A stretch of DNA of 64,000 bases, taken from the NCBI GenBank assembly GCA_963735375.1, contig CAVTKS010000007.1, forward strand, positions 333,585 to 397,584, given 5' to 3'. The notes under the pieces are model-generated. The model was not told the origin of the DNA. It did no database searches and worked only from the letters and a program-made list of their open reading frames with translations. The DNA is from an uncultured Acidimicrobiales bacterium. GTDB taxonomy: Bacteria; Actinomycetota; Acidimicrobiia; Acidimicrobiales; VFJN01. Shown one piece after another: positions 47,566 to 57,026 of this stretch (position 1 is the stretch's first letter; each line of letters starts with the position of its first letter). The position numbers were made by a program, and so were the translations under genes.

Positions 47566-50500
47566 CTAGCCCTTGAGCAGGAAGTCCTGGTCGTCCTCGT
47601 CGAGGAAGAGGGCCACCTCGGCCAGCAGGTCGGGGTGGCGCTCGAGGCCTCCGTCGGCGTCGTCGACGATGGCGAACGCCGCAGCGCGGGCCCGATCGAC
47701 CCACTCGCGGTCGCGACGCAGCGACGCCAGCTTGAGGTCGCTGCGGCCCTTCTGCCGCTCGCCCATGATCGTGCCCTCGCCGCGCAGGTCGAGGTCGACC
47801 TCCGCGAGCGCGAACCCGTCCGTCGTCTTCACGAGGGCGCCCAAGCGGGCCTCGGCCTCGTCGGTCTCGGACGTGCTGACCAGGTAGCACCAGGACTGCT
47901 CGCTCCCCCGCCCCACCCGGCCCCGCAGCTGGTGGAGCTGCGCTATTCCGAAGCGGTCGGCGTCGAGGATGACCATGACCGTGGCGTTGGGGACGTCGAC
48001 GCCCACCTCGATGACGGTAGTGGCCACCAGCACGTCGAGGCGCCCCTCGCGGAACTGGTGCATGGTCGCCTCCTTGTCGGCCGACCCCAGCCGCCCGTGG
48101 AGCAGCCCCAGGCGCAGGCCGTCCAGCTCGTCGGCTGCGAGCTGGGCGAACGTGTCCTCGGCCGAGCGCACCTCGAGCTTGTCGGATTCCTCGATGAGCG
48201 GCGTCACCACGTAGGCCTGGCGCCCCGCCTCCACCTCCCGCCGCACCGACGCCCACACGTCGGCCTCGTCGGCCTCGGTCTTGGCCCACGACGTCACGAT
48301 GGGCTGGCGGCCGGCCGGGAGGGAGGCGATGACCGTCACGTCGAGGTCGCCGTAGACCGTCATCGCCGCCGTGCGCGGGATGGGGGTGGCGGTCATGACC
48401 AGCACGTCGGGCACCGGTCCGCCGCCGGCCTTGTCGCGTAGCGCGGCGCGCTGCTCGACACCGAACCGGTGCTGCTCGTCGATGACGACCGCGCCGAGCG
48501 ACCGGAAGTCGACGCCCTCCTGGATGAGGGCGTGGGTGCCGATGGCGATGTCGACCTCGCCGGCAGCCAGGGCGGCGAGGATGCGGCGACGGTCGGCGGC
48601 CCCGACCTTGTTGGTCAGCAGCTCGACGCGGAGGGGCCGGTCGGCGAACAACGAGCCGCCGTCGTCGGGCACGTCGACGCCGTCGAGCAGCGCCCGGATG
48701 CCGGTGGCGTGCTGCTCGGCCAGCACCTCCGTGGGCGCCATGAACGCCCCCTGGTGACCGCCCTGCACGGCGGCGAGCAGGGTCCAGACGGCGACGACGG
48801 TGTTGTGCGTGGGCACAAACCCGTCAGTCACGTACATCTGGCTCGGATGAGCGACCGAGATGCACCGCACGGGCTCACGCCCGACGTGTGTGATCTGTCG
48901 GATGGCACGCGCGGGATTCGCGTACTTCGTCTTGGGACGCAGGAGCCGGGCCTTGCGCTCGAGCCGGAAAGGTGCGAACTCTGCGGGGAGCCGAACACCC
49001 ACCTGGTAATACTGCCCTCCCGCCTTGAGCCGAGGCCTCAGCGTTGCGATGCCTCCGAGCGATGCCACGAGCCAGCGAACGTCGAGCGCCAGGTCGAGCG
49101 AGGCTGATGTGAACGAGACATTCGCGCCGTGTCGACTCAGGGTGCCGTCTGTATCGAGAAGTCCTTGCAGGAGCGCGTGCCGGTCCTTGACCGGTGCCGA
49201 CAGGTAGCTCTCGGGAACGAACTTGTCATGCGACCCTCGTCCTCGAAGTCCCAGGTCCTTCAAGGCCTTGGCAACGGGGTGCGGACGGGCTGGGCTGTGT
49301 CGGAACGAGCAGCGGATCGCGTGGTCGAACCGTCGACTTGTCGACTGCTTGAGGAAGCATCCCTCCGGGAGGAGGCCGTCGACCGCCTCCACCATCTCCG
49401 GATCGCCTGATGAGAATACGATGTTCGCGCGGAAGGTGCCGTCGCCGAGCAGTGCACCCAAGAGGTAGGGATCGAGGGGACGATGGCCGTGGCCGTCGAA
49501 ATCTGCCGCGGTGGCGCGCTCGATGTGCCAACGAGACGCACCGTTCTTCTCGAGCAGGTGCTCTCGCAGGTACCTGGTCGTCACCGTCTTCGGCGCTCGA
49601 CTACGAGAACGCCCGACCGACGTGTTCACGACCCAGAGGTGCTCGTCATCGCAATCGACGGTTGAACCGTCCGACAAGAGCACTCTCCACACCTCGCGGA
49701 CGCCTTGCGGGAAGACACCCGTCACATTGGTGATCTCACCATTCGGCGTGATGACATCGTCGCCCATTACCAGATCCCCCATTCGTCGGAAGCCATCGGG
49801 GGTCAGCACCAGTGAGCGAAGCGGTTGCGCCTTGCCCGCCCCCACATCCCCCTGCAAGAGGCGGTGCATGGGGTGAGGCGCAGTCAGGTCGTGGCCGATC
49901 TCGGCGATGGCGGCCTGCTGGTCGGCGGTCAGGTCGAACGGCAGCCGTCCGACGAACGCGTCGAGCAGCGGACCGTCGGTCGCCTGCGCGATGCCACGGG
50001 TCGTGCGCTCGATGTGGCGCTTGCGCTGCACCAGCGCGAGCTGCACCCGCAGCAGCTCGTCGAGGACGAGGCGTTTGCGGGCGACCTCCTTGTGGGCCAT
50101 CGACTCGGGCGCGTGGATGCCGGCGAACGCCTCCGGCCGGGTCACCAGGTCGTACCGGTCGAGCACCCAGTCGGGCACCGGGTCGGCCAGACCGCGGACC
50201 TGCGAGCGGCGCAGGGCCTCGGCCACCCAGTCGCCGATCTCCCAGGTCGACAGACCGGCCTTGTCGGACTGCGGGTAGATCGGCACGATGCGGCCGGTGC
50301 GGTTGCCGATCAGGTCGACGACCGGGTTGGTCATCTGCCGGCGCCCGTTGAACATCTCGAGCTTGCCGAACAGCGCCACCGTCATGCCCGGGGTGAGCTG
50401 GCGCTCGCGCCAGGCCTGGTTGAAGAACGTGACCCGCAGCTGCCCGCTGTCGTCGTTCACGTCGACGGTGACCAGCGTCTTGGGCGGCCGCCCGCGGGTG

Positions 50501-50739
50501 CGGCGCGACGACGCCCGCTGCACGGTGACGATGACCAGCGCCTCCTCGCCCACGACCAGGTCGCGGATGCGGGCCTCGTTGGTGCGGTCGACGTAGCGGC
50601 GCGGGTAGTAGGTGAGCAGGTCGAGCAGGTTCTCGACGCCCACCTGGGCCAGCGCGTCAGCCTTGCGGTCGCCAACGCCCTTGAGGCGGGTGACCGTCCA
50701 CGAGGCCAGCTCGCCGAGGGTGATGGGCCCGTCGCTCAT
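47566..50739 (-). CDS. recG: ATP-dependent DNA helicase RecG, interrupted by an in-frame intein
   Basis: It has a wedge/OB N-terminus, helicase motifs (GDVGAGK|..|TVVA, VIDEQHRFGV, MTATPIPRT, LHGRLGSADKE, ATTVIEVGVDVPNA, HQLRGRVGRG). It is 1056 aa, of which 343 are intein. Confidence 0.93.
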   Translation of the reverse strand: MSDGPITLGELASWTVTRLKGVGDRKADALAQVGVENLLDLLTYYPRRYVDRTNEARIRDLVVGEEALVIVTVQRASSRRTRGRPPKTLVTVDVNDDSGQLRVTFFNQAWRERQLTPGMTVALFGKLEMFNGRRQMTNPVVDLIGNRTGRIVPIYPQSDKAGLSTWEIGDWVAEALRRSQVRGLADPVPDWVLDRYDLVTRPEAFAGIHAPESMAHKEVARKRLVLDELLRVQLALVQRKRHIERTTRGIAQATDGPLLDAFVGRLPFDLTADQQAAIAEIGHDLTAPHPMHRLLQGDVGAGKAQPLRSLVLTPDGFRRMGDLVMGDDVITPNGEITNVTGVFPQGVREVWRVLLSDGSTVDCDDEHLWVVNTSVGRSRSRAPKTVTTRYLREHLLEKNGASRWHIERATAADFDGHGHRPLDPYLLGALLGDGTFRANIVFSSGDPEMVEAVDGLLPEGCFLKQSTSRRFDHAIRCSFRHSPARPHPVAKALKDLGLRGRGSHDKFVPESYLSAPVKDRHALLQGLLDTDGTLSRHGANVSFTSASLDLALDVRWLVASLGGIATLRPRLKAGGQYYQVGVRLPAEFAPFRLERKARLLRPKTKYANPARAIRQITHVGREPVRCISVAHPSQMYVTDGFVPTHNTVVAVWTLLAAVQGGHQGAFMAPTEVLAEQHATGIRALLDGVDVPDDGGSLFADRPLRVELLTNKVGAADRRRILAALAAGEVDIAIGTHALIQEGVDFRSLGAVVIDEQHRFGVEQRAALRDKAGGGPVPDVLVMTATPIPRTAAMTVYGDLDVTVIASLPAGRQPIVTSWAKTEADEADVWASVRREVEAGRQAYVVTPLIEESDKLEVRSAEDTFAQLAADELDGLRLGLLHGRLGSADKEATMHQFREGRLDVLVATTVIEVGVDVPNATVMVILDADRFGIAQLHQLRGRVGRGSEQSWCYLVSTSETDEAEARLGALVKTTDGFALAEVDLDLRGEGTIMGERQKGRSDLKLASLRRDREWVDRARAAAFAIVDDADGGLERHPDLLAEVALFLDEDDQDFLLKG
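48802..49830 (-). mobile_element. Intein (343 aa) with LAGLIDADG homing-endonuclease domain in the RecG P-loop
   Basis: The junctions GDVGAGK/AQPLRSLVLTPDG and VTDGFVPTHN/TVVAVW were verified at nucleotide level (GCG at 49830-49828, AAC at 48804-48802). The LAGLIDADG motifs are LLGALLGDGTF and LLQGLLDTDGTL. Confidence 0.85.
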
Positions 50740-50751
50740 GCGAACGGCCGG

Positions 50752-52419
50752 CTATTCGACGCCGAACAGGTAGGGGTAGAGCGGCTGGCCGCCGTGGTGC
50801 ACCTCGGGCGACACGCCCGGCCGGTGCTCGCCCAGCCACTCGGTGATGGCGCGGGTGTCGGCCGCGGTGGCGCCCTCGCCCTCGATGACCGTGACGATCT
50901 CGTGGTCGTCGGTGACCAGCAGGTCGAGCAGCCTCGTCGCAGCCGCGGCGATCGACTGCTCGACCGCCCGGATGCCGTCGCGGGCGATGCCCAGGTAGTC
51001 GCCCTCGGCGATGGGGCCGGCGTCGCTGGTGGAGTCGCGCACCGCCTGGGTGACTTCGCCGGCCAGCACGTTGGCCGACAGCGAGGCCATCTCCTTGGCG
51101 TTCTCGTCGGCGGGCGCCTCGGGGTCGTAGCCCATCAGCGCGGCGAAGCCCTCGGCGATGCCACGTGTGGCGACCACCCGCACGGTGCGGGACGTGTGGG
51201 CGTCGACCTGCTCGGCCACGGGGATGATGTTCTTGTTGTTGGGCAGGATGACGACCTGGTCGGCGGGCACGGCCTCGACCGCGGCGAGCAGGTCGGCGGT
51301 GGAGGGGTTCATCGACTGCCCGCCGGCCACGATGCCCTGCACGCCCAGGCTGTAGAAGATGCGCTTGATGCCGTCGCCGGCGGCCACGGCCACCACCGCG
51401 GTGGTGACGGGCTCGGTGGCGTGGGGTGGCAGCTCGACGATGTCGGTGCCGGTGGCCTCGCGGACCCAGCGCTCCTCCTCGACCTCCTCCATCAGGTCGG
51501 TCACCCGGATCTTGCGGGGGCGCCCGGCATCGACCGCGGCCTCGATGGCGGCGCCGATGTCGTCGGTGTGGATGTGGCAGTTCCAGATGCCGTCGCCGCC
51601 CACCACGACGATCGAGTCGCCGATGCCGGCCCACACGTCCTTGAACGCGGGGATGGCCTCGTCGGGCGCCTCGAGGAAGTACATGACCTCGTAGCGCAGG
51701 TCGGACACGCTGTCGTGGGCCTCGTCGCCGGTGTGCTGCACCAGGTGGGCGTCGGGGCGGACCGCGCCCTCCCCCACCCTCGGCTCCGGCACCGGACGGC
51801 CGTCGACGACGTGCAGCAGCACGTCGAGCAGCAAGAGGAAGCCGGTGCCGCCGGCGTCGACCACCCCGGCCTCGGCCAGCACGGGCAGCAGCTCGGGCGT
51901 CTTCTCGAGGGCCACCGCGCCGGCGTCGCGTGCCGCCTCGACGACCACGACCAGCGCCGCGTCCGGCGTGGCGGCGACCGCGGCCTCCGCCGCCTCGGCC
52001 GCCTCGCGGACGACGGTCAGGATCGTGCCCTCGACCGGGCGCATGACGGCCTGGTAGGCGGCATCGGCCGCGGCCCGCAACGCCCGGGCGAACGTCGGTC
52101 CGTCGGCCGACCCGGCCTCGTCGATGACCGACACCATGCCCCGCATGATCTGCGACAGGATGACGCCCGAGTTGCCACGCGCGCCCATGAGCGACCCGTG
52201 GCTGATGGCCTTGCACACCTCGGGCAGGCTGTCGCCGGCGGCGTCGAGGTCGTCGCACACCGACACCAGCGTGAGCGACATGTTGGTGCCGGTGTCGCCG
52301 TCGGGCACGGGATACACGTTCAGGCGGTTGATCGGCTCACGGTGCGCGGCCAACGCCTCCTTGTAGGCATGCACGGTCGCCCGCAGATCGGCGGCCCCCA
52401 GGTGGTCGAGCACTGTCAC
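50752..52419 (-). CDS. DAK2 domain fusion protein YloV
   Basis: Protein reads INRLNVYPVPDGDTGTNMSLT... with a C-terminal DegV-like half. Its position upstream of recG is as in many Gram-positives. The start is uncertain (GTG 52419; the ORF extends to 52494). Confidence 0.85.
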   Translation of the reverse strand: MTVLDHLGAADLRATVHAYKEALAAHREPINRLNVYPVPDGDTGTNMSLTLVSVCDDLDAAGDSLPEVCKAISHGSLMGARGNSGVILSQIMRGMVSVIDEAGSADGPTFARALRAAADAAYQAVMRPVEGTILTVVREAAEAAEAAVAATPDAALVVVVEAARDAGAVALEKTPELLPVLAEAGVVDAGGTGFLLLLDVLLHVVDGRPVPEPRVGEGAVRPDAHLVQHTGDEAHDSVSDLRYEVMYFLEAPDEAIPAFKDVWAGIGDSIVVVGGDGIWNCHIHTDDIGAAIEAAVDAGRPRKIRVTDLMEEVEEERWVREATGTDIVELPPHATEPVTTAVVAVAAGDGIKRIFYSLGVQGIVAGGQSMNPSTADLLAAVEAVPADQVVILPNNKNIIPVAEQVDAHTSRTVRVVATRGIAEGFAALMGYDPEAPADENAKEMASLSANVLAGEVTQAVRDSTSDAGPIAEGDYLGIARDGIRAVEQSIAAAATRLLDLLVTDDHEIVTVIEGEGATAADTRAITEWLGEHRPGVSPEVHHGGQPLYPYLFGVE

Positions 52420-52592
52420 GGAGATGGATGCTAGGTGACGCGCCCCGCGCGTCCGTTCCCGGCGGCGGCCGCGTACGGACGCGGCGGCGTCCACTCCGGT
52501 CGATGGGCAGCCGGCACCTCGATGCCGCGAGCGGGACGATCACGCACGACCGACGCCGGCCTCCGTCACCGCCGGACGCCGGCCCGGGCAAG

Positions 52593-52622
52593 TTGTGACC
52601 TGGCCCCGGGCGCCAGTACAGT
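52593..52622 (+). promoter_or_regulatory. Candidate sigma-A-type promoter for rpmB
   Basis: TTGTGA (52593-52598), an 18-nt spacer, TACAGT (52617-52622). A GAGGTGA Shine-Dalgarno sequence precedes ATG 52662. Confidence 0.4.
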
Positions 52623-52661
52623 CACTCGGTCCTACCAAGCCCAGTTCTGAGGTGACGCGTC

Positions 52662-52856
52662 ATGGCAGCCGTCTGCGAGGTGTGCGGCAAGCACCCATCA
52701 TGGGGCATGAGTGTCAGCCACTCGCATCGGCGTACCAAGCGCCGGTGGAACCCCAACATCCAGCGTGTGCGCGCCCTGGTCAACGGTGCCCCCAAGCGGG
52801 TCTCCGCCTGCACCGGTTGCATCAAGGCCGGCAAGGTCACCAAGCTCGTCCACTGA
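52662..52856 (+). CDS. rpmB: 50S ribosomal protein L28
   Basis: Protein reads [59 protein letters not shown]. Confidence 0.93.
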   Translation: MAAVCEVCGKHPSWGMSVSHSHRRTKRRWNPNIQRVRALVNGAPKRVSACTGCIKAGKVTKLVH

Positions 52857-52902
52857 GCCGTCACTGACCCGGTGGCCGCTCAGCGGCACGCCTACCGACT
52901 CG

Positions 52903-52924
52903 AGGGCGCCCGATCGGGCGCCCT
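52903..52924 (+). terminator. Hairpin AGGGCGCCC-GATC-GGGCGCCCT followed by TTGTC, downstream of rpmB
   Basis: A 9-bp GC stem was read directly, 47 nt after the rpmB stop. Confidence 0.55.
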
Positions 52925-53025
52925 TGTCGCGTCCGGCCGTCAGTGCGCTTTGCGCCCCGAACTGAGCGGTCAGATACGGTGACTGACACCCCAACCGCGG
53001 GCCGGCCGAGCAGGGAGCGACATCG

Positions 53026-53289
53026 GTGCAAGGCGTGATCAAGGCGTACGACCCAGGGTCCAAGGACGGGATCGTCGTGCGTGACACGGACCTGTCCGAG
53101 GTCGACCTCGCGCCCGATGCACTCGAGGGCTCGGTGTTCCGTCTGCTCCGCCAGGGGCAGCGCGTGATCTTCGACCTCGACGGCGAGGGTCGTGCCACGC
53201 GGCTGCGGTTGGGGTCGGAGGTCGACATGGGGACGCCGGGGCTCGACCCCGAACGCTTCCCGCCAGGGGACGACTCGACCTCCGCGTGA
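53026..53289 (+). CDS. Hypothetical small protein (possible OB/cold-shock-like fold)
   Basis: 87 aa: [57 protein letters not shown]3-rich. I did not recognise a family. Confidence 0.5.
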   Translation: MQGVIKAYDPGSKDGIVVRDTDLSEVDLAPDALEGSVFRLLRQGQRVIFDLDGEGRATRLRLGSEVDMGTPGLDPERFPPGDDSTSA

Positions 53290-53323
53290 CCGGCACACCC
53301 AGGACATCGCCGACCGGAGGATC

Positions 53324-55132
53324 ATGGCTGCAACCACCACCAACCAGAAGCTCAAGGACTGGGTCGACCACTGGTCGGGTGTGCTCCAGCCAGATGCGGT
53401 CGAGTGGTGCGACGGCTCCGACGAGGAGTGGGAGCGTCTCACACAGCTGCTGATCGACGGCGACACCTTCGAGCGACTGGCCGAGGACAAGCGTCCGAAC
53501 AGCTTCCTCGCCCTGTCCGACCCCGGCGACGTCGCCCGCGTCGAGGACCGCACGTTCATCTGCTCCGAGCGCGAGCACGACGCGGGCCCCACCAACAACT
53601 GGCGGGCGCCGGCCGAGATGAAGGCCGAGCTCACCGGGCTGTTCACCGGCGCCATGCGCGGCCGCACGCTCTACGTCGTGCCGTTCTCGATGGGGCCGTT
53701 GGGGTCGCTCATCGCGCACATCGGTGTCCAGCTCACCGACTCGGCCTACGTGGCCGCCAACATGCGGATCATGACCCGCATGGGCCAGGGCCCCCTCGAC
53801 GTGCTGGGTGCGGACGGCGAGTTCGTCCCGTGCCTGCACTCGGTCGGCTACCCGCTGGTCGACGCCGGCGGCAACGCACGTGACGACGTCGCCTGGCCGT
53901 GCGACGCCGACAACAAGTACATCGTCCACTTCCCCGAGACCCGGGAGATCTGGTCGTACGGGTCGGGCTACGGCGGCAACGCCCTGCTGGGCAAGAAGTG
54001 CTTCGCGCTGCGCATCGCCTCCACGATGGCCCGCGCCGACGGGTGGATGGCCGAGCACATGCTCATCCTCGGCGTCACGCCGCCGGGCGGCGAGAAGCGC
54101 TACGTGGCCGCGGCGTTCCCGTCGGCCTGCGGCAAGACCAACATGGCCATGATGATCCCCACCCTGCCCGGCTGGAAGGTCGAGACCGTCGGCGACGACA
54201 TCGCCTGGATGAAGTTCGGCGACGACGGCCGCCTCTACGCCATCAACCCCGAGGCCGGGTTCTTCGGCGTCGCGCCCGGCACGGGAGACGACACCAACCC
54301 CAACGCCGTCGCCACGTTCTACGGCAACTCGATCTTCACCAACGTCGCCAGGACCGACGACGGTGACATCTGGTGGGAGGGTCTGTCCGACCCGCCGGCC
54401 CACGCCATCGACTGGCACGGCAACGACTGGACCCCCGAGAGCGACGCCCCGGCGGCGCACCCGAACGCCCGGTTCACCACGCCGGCGTCGCAGTGCCCGT
54501 CGATCGCGCCCGAGTGGGAGGACCCCAAGGGTGTCCCGATCTCGGCGATCCTGTTCGGCGGCCGCCGGGCCACCAACGTGCCGCTCGTGACCGAGTCGTT
54601 CGACTGGGACCACGGGGTGTTCCTCGGCTCGACCATGAGCTCCGAGACCACCGCCGCCCAGGCCGGCGCGGTGGGCAAGCTGCGGTTCGACCCGTTCGCG
54701 ATGCTGCCGTTCTGTGGCTACAACATGGGCGACTACTTCGCTCACTGGCTCGAGATCGGCCAGGCCACCAGCACGGACAAGCTGCCCAAGCTGTTCCTGG
54801 TCAACTGGTTCCGCCGGGGTGAGGACGGCTCGTTCCTGTGGCCGGGCTTCGGCGACAACAGCCGGGTGTTGAAGTGGGTCCTCGAGCGGGTCAACGGCGA
54901 GGGCGAGGCCGTCGACACGCCCATCGGCCGTGTTCCCGCGGCGGGCGCGCTCGACACCAGCGGCCTCGAGATCGACGACGCGACGTTGGCCCAGCTGGTC
55001 GCGGTCGATGCGGAGTCGTGGCGGCAGGAGCTGCCGCAGCTCGACGAGCACTACAAGGGCATCGGCGACAGCGTGCCTCCCGGCCTGCGCGAGCAGCTGC
55101 TCGCGCTCGAGAAGCGGCTCGCCGGCGGCTGA
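53324..55132 (+). CDS. pckG: Phosphoenolpyruvate carboxykinase (GTP)
   Basis: Protein reads [14 protein letters not shown]...[21 protein letters not shown]...[16 protein letters not shown]...[32 protein letters not shown] sequence is upstream. Confidence 0.93.
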   Translation: MAATTTNQKLKDWVDHWSGVLQPDAVEWCDGSDEEWERLTQLLIDGDTFERLAEDKRPNSFLALSDPGDVARVEDRTFICSEREHDAGPTNNWRAPAEMKAELTGLFTGAMRGRTLYVVPFSMGPLGSLIAHIGVQLTDSAYVAANMRIMTRMGQGPLDVLGADGEFVPCLHSVGYPLVDAGGNARDDVAWPCDADNKYIVHFPETREIWSYGSGYGGNALLGKKCFALRIASTMARADGWMAEHMLILGVTPPGGEKRYVAAAFPSACGKTNMAMMIPTLPGWKVETVGDDIAWMKFGDDGRLYAINPEAGFFGVAPGTGDDTNPNAVATFYGNSIFTNVARTDDGDIWWEGLSDPPAHAIDWHGNDWTPESDAPAAHPNARFTTPASQCPSIAPEWEDPKGVPISAILFGGRRATNVPLVTESFDWDHGVFLGSTMSSETTAAQAGAVGKLRFDPFAMLPFCGYNMGDYFAHWLEIGQATSTDKLPKLFLVNWFRRGEDGSFLWPGFGDNSRVLKWVLERVNGEGEAVDTPIGRVPAAGALDTSGLEIDDATLAQLVAVDAESWRQELPQLDEHYKGIGDSVPPGLREQLLALEKRLAGG

Positions 55133-55172
55133 CCCACGAACCGGGCACGCGTCGCGGCGCCCCAGGACATGC

Positions 55173-55200
55173 CCGGTGCCGCCCTGCGGGGCGGCACCGG
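55173..55200. terminator. 12-bp stem hairpin CCGGTGCCGCCC-TGCG-GGGCGGCACCGG between convergent pckG and the MBL gene
   Basis: Read directly from the sequence. Confidence 0.6.
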
Positions 55201-55295
55201 CGCGTCCCGGGCCTCCCAGGACCGCCGCCCGCCGTCGGACGCCATGAACAACGAGGGTTCCGTCGGGCTCGGGGTACCGCGGCGTCGCGTGACGG

Positions 55296-56291
55296 TCAGC
55301 TCGGATCGGCAGCCCCGTACGCGGCCATCTGGTCGAGCATCGTGAGCGAGTCGGCGGGCACGTCGTGGCCGAGGTCGCGGTACACCGCGATGACGTTGAC
55401 GACGAACCGCTCGCGCTCGCCCAGACCCGCGTAGTCGCCGAGGTCGATGTCGCGGGCGGCCTCGAGCGGGGTCATGCCCGCGGCGGCCCGGACGGTGGCC
55501 TCGCGCTCGACGAAGGCGAAGTAGTCGCGCTCCGCGGCGACGACCGCGGTGTCGCACACGGGACCGTGGCCGGGCACGACCGCGTCGGGCCTCAGGCCGA
55601 TGATCCGGTCACATGCCGCCATCCAGTTCGCGACGGGTCCGGCCCACACGATGGGGTGGCCGCCGTTGAACAGGACGTCGCCCGTGAACACGACGCGTTG
55701 CGCCGGCAGGTGGACGATGACGTCGCCCCGGGTGTGCGCCGGGCCGACCTCGACGAGGTGGACCTCCGTGTCGCCGACCCGCAGGGTGAGCTCGCCGTCG
55801 AAGATGGTCGTGGGTGGCACCACCTCGATGTCGCTGAAGTCGAACGAGCCGAACATGCGCCGCAGCAGGTCGCCCGTCGGACCGCCGGGCGGTGACGCCA
55901 TCACCGCGGCCAGCACCGACGGGGGCAGCTCGGCCATCTCCTCGGCACAACGGCGCGAGGCGACGATCTCGGCGTACTCGACGAGTTGGTTGCCCCAGCA
56001 GTGGTCGCCGTTCGCGTGGGTGTTGACGACGACGTCGATCGCCTGCGCCGCCGGTGTCGCATGCCGCATCACGTCGAGCATCTCCGCCGTGAGCTTCAGG
56101 TCGAACAGGGTGTCGACGAGCAGCGAGGCCTCGCCGTCCACGACCAGCCCGGCGTTGCTCCACCCCCAGCTGCCGTCGGGCTGCAGGTAGGCGAAGATGC
56201 CGTCGCCCACCTCGTGGAGACCGCGGGTGTACGGATGCGACGGCACGCAGCCATGGTCGCGCACGATCGGTGCGACCGTCCGGGTTGGCAT
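55296..56291 (-). CDS. MBL-fold metallo-hydrolase
   Basis: Protein reads VVNTHANGDHCWGN (HxHxDH-type variant) ...GPAHTRGDVIVHLP...VPGHGP. Confidence 0.8.
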   Translation of the reverse strand: MPTRTVAPIVRDHGCVPSHPYTRGLHEVGDGIFAYLQPDGSWGWSNAGLVVDGEASLLVDTLFDLKLTAEMLDVMRHATPAAQAIDVVVNTHANGDHCWGNQLVEYAEIVASRRCAEEMAELPPSVLAAVMASPPGGPTGDLLRRMFGSFDFSDIEVVPPTTIFDGELTLRVGDTEVHLVEVGPAHTRGDVIVHLPAQRVVFTGDVLFNGGHPIVWAGPVANWMAACDRIIGLRPDAVVPGHGPVCDTAVVAAERDYFAFVEREATVRAAAGMTPLEAARDIDLGDYAGLGERERFVVNVIAVYRDLGHDVPADSLTMLDQMAAYGAADPS

Positions 56292-56375
56292 GCGTGTCGC
56301 GACCAGCCAGGTTCGAGGGGACGAATGCGGCGCACTACGATCCGTGGCCAGCCCAGTGGCGTGAGGGAGGCCCGG

Positions 56376-56612
56376 ATGGCAGTCAGTGCATACATCCTCA
56401 TCCAGACCGAGGTCGGCAAAGCGGCCCAGGTCGCGCAGGAGGTCGGCGGCATCGACGGCGTGGTCTCAGCCGAGGACGTCACCGGCCCCTACGACGTGGT
56501 GGCCCGCGCCGAGGCGAACTCGGTCGACGAGCTCGGCAAGATGGTCGTCAGCCGCGTCCAGATGATCGAGGGCATCACCCGCACCCTCACGTGCCCCGTC
56601 GTCCACCTCTGA
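56376..56612 (+). CDS. Stand-alone Lrp/AsnC ligand-binding (RAM) domain protein
   Basis: Protein reads MAVSAYILIQTEVGKAAQVAQEVGGIDGVVSAEDVTGPYDVVARAEANSVDELGKMVVSRVQMIEGITRTLTC. A GGGAGG Shine-Dalgarno sequence is present. Confidence 0.75.
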   Translation: MAVSAYILIQTEVGKAAQVAQEVGGIDGVVSAEDVTGPYDVVARAEANSVDELGKMVVSRVQMIEGITRTLTCPVVHL

Positions 56613-56642
56613 CGCCGGGCCGACGGGCCCGGCCGGGCCCGG

Positions 56643-57011
56643 TCAGCGGGTGGGGCCGATCACCATCGCCCTGATCGCGAGACCCATGAGGAACAGGCTG
56701 CCGAGGCCGTAGAGCAGGTACTTGTGGGCGGCGAGCTGCTGCCGGTAGCTGTAGATGATGCCCACCGAAGCGAGCGCCACGAACCCGTAGAACATGTGGA
56801 ACTGCGGTGCCTCGCGGTCTTCCGAGGTCACCAACAGCACACCCAGGATCACCTCGACGACGATCGTCAGCTCAGCTGCGGCCGTGAACCACCACAGCTG
56901 CTTCCGGCGCAGAGCCGGCAGCCAGTGGGCCCCCAGCGCCCACAGACCGGCCAGTGCGTTCGATACGACGACGACCCACGCCACGACGACGTGGGCGTCA
57001 TGGAGCTCCAC
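56643..57011 (-). CDS. Hypothetical membrane protein with 4 predicted TM helices
   Basis: 122 aa with alternating hydrophobic stretches (VVVAWVVVVSNALAGLWALG, FTAAAELTIVVEVILGVLLV, FYGFVALASVGIIYSY, LLYGLGSLFLMGLAI). Confidence 0.55.
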   Translation of the reverse strand: MELHDAHVVVAWVVVVSNALAGLWALGAHWLPALRRKQLWWFTAAAELTIVVEVILGVLLVTSEDREAPQFHMFYGFVALASVGIIYSYRQQLAAHKYLLYGLGSLFLMGLAIRAMVIGPTR

Positions 57012-57026
57012 CGGCGTGCGTGGGTG

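Noticed and set aside
46759-47570. Exactly 800-nt spacing between the two CGGGGCACTAGC 12-mers.
   Set aside because: I see no periodicity or duplication of the intervening sequence, so I treat the round number as coincidence.
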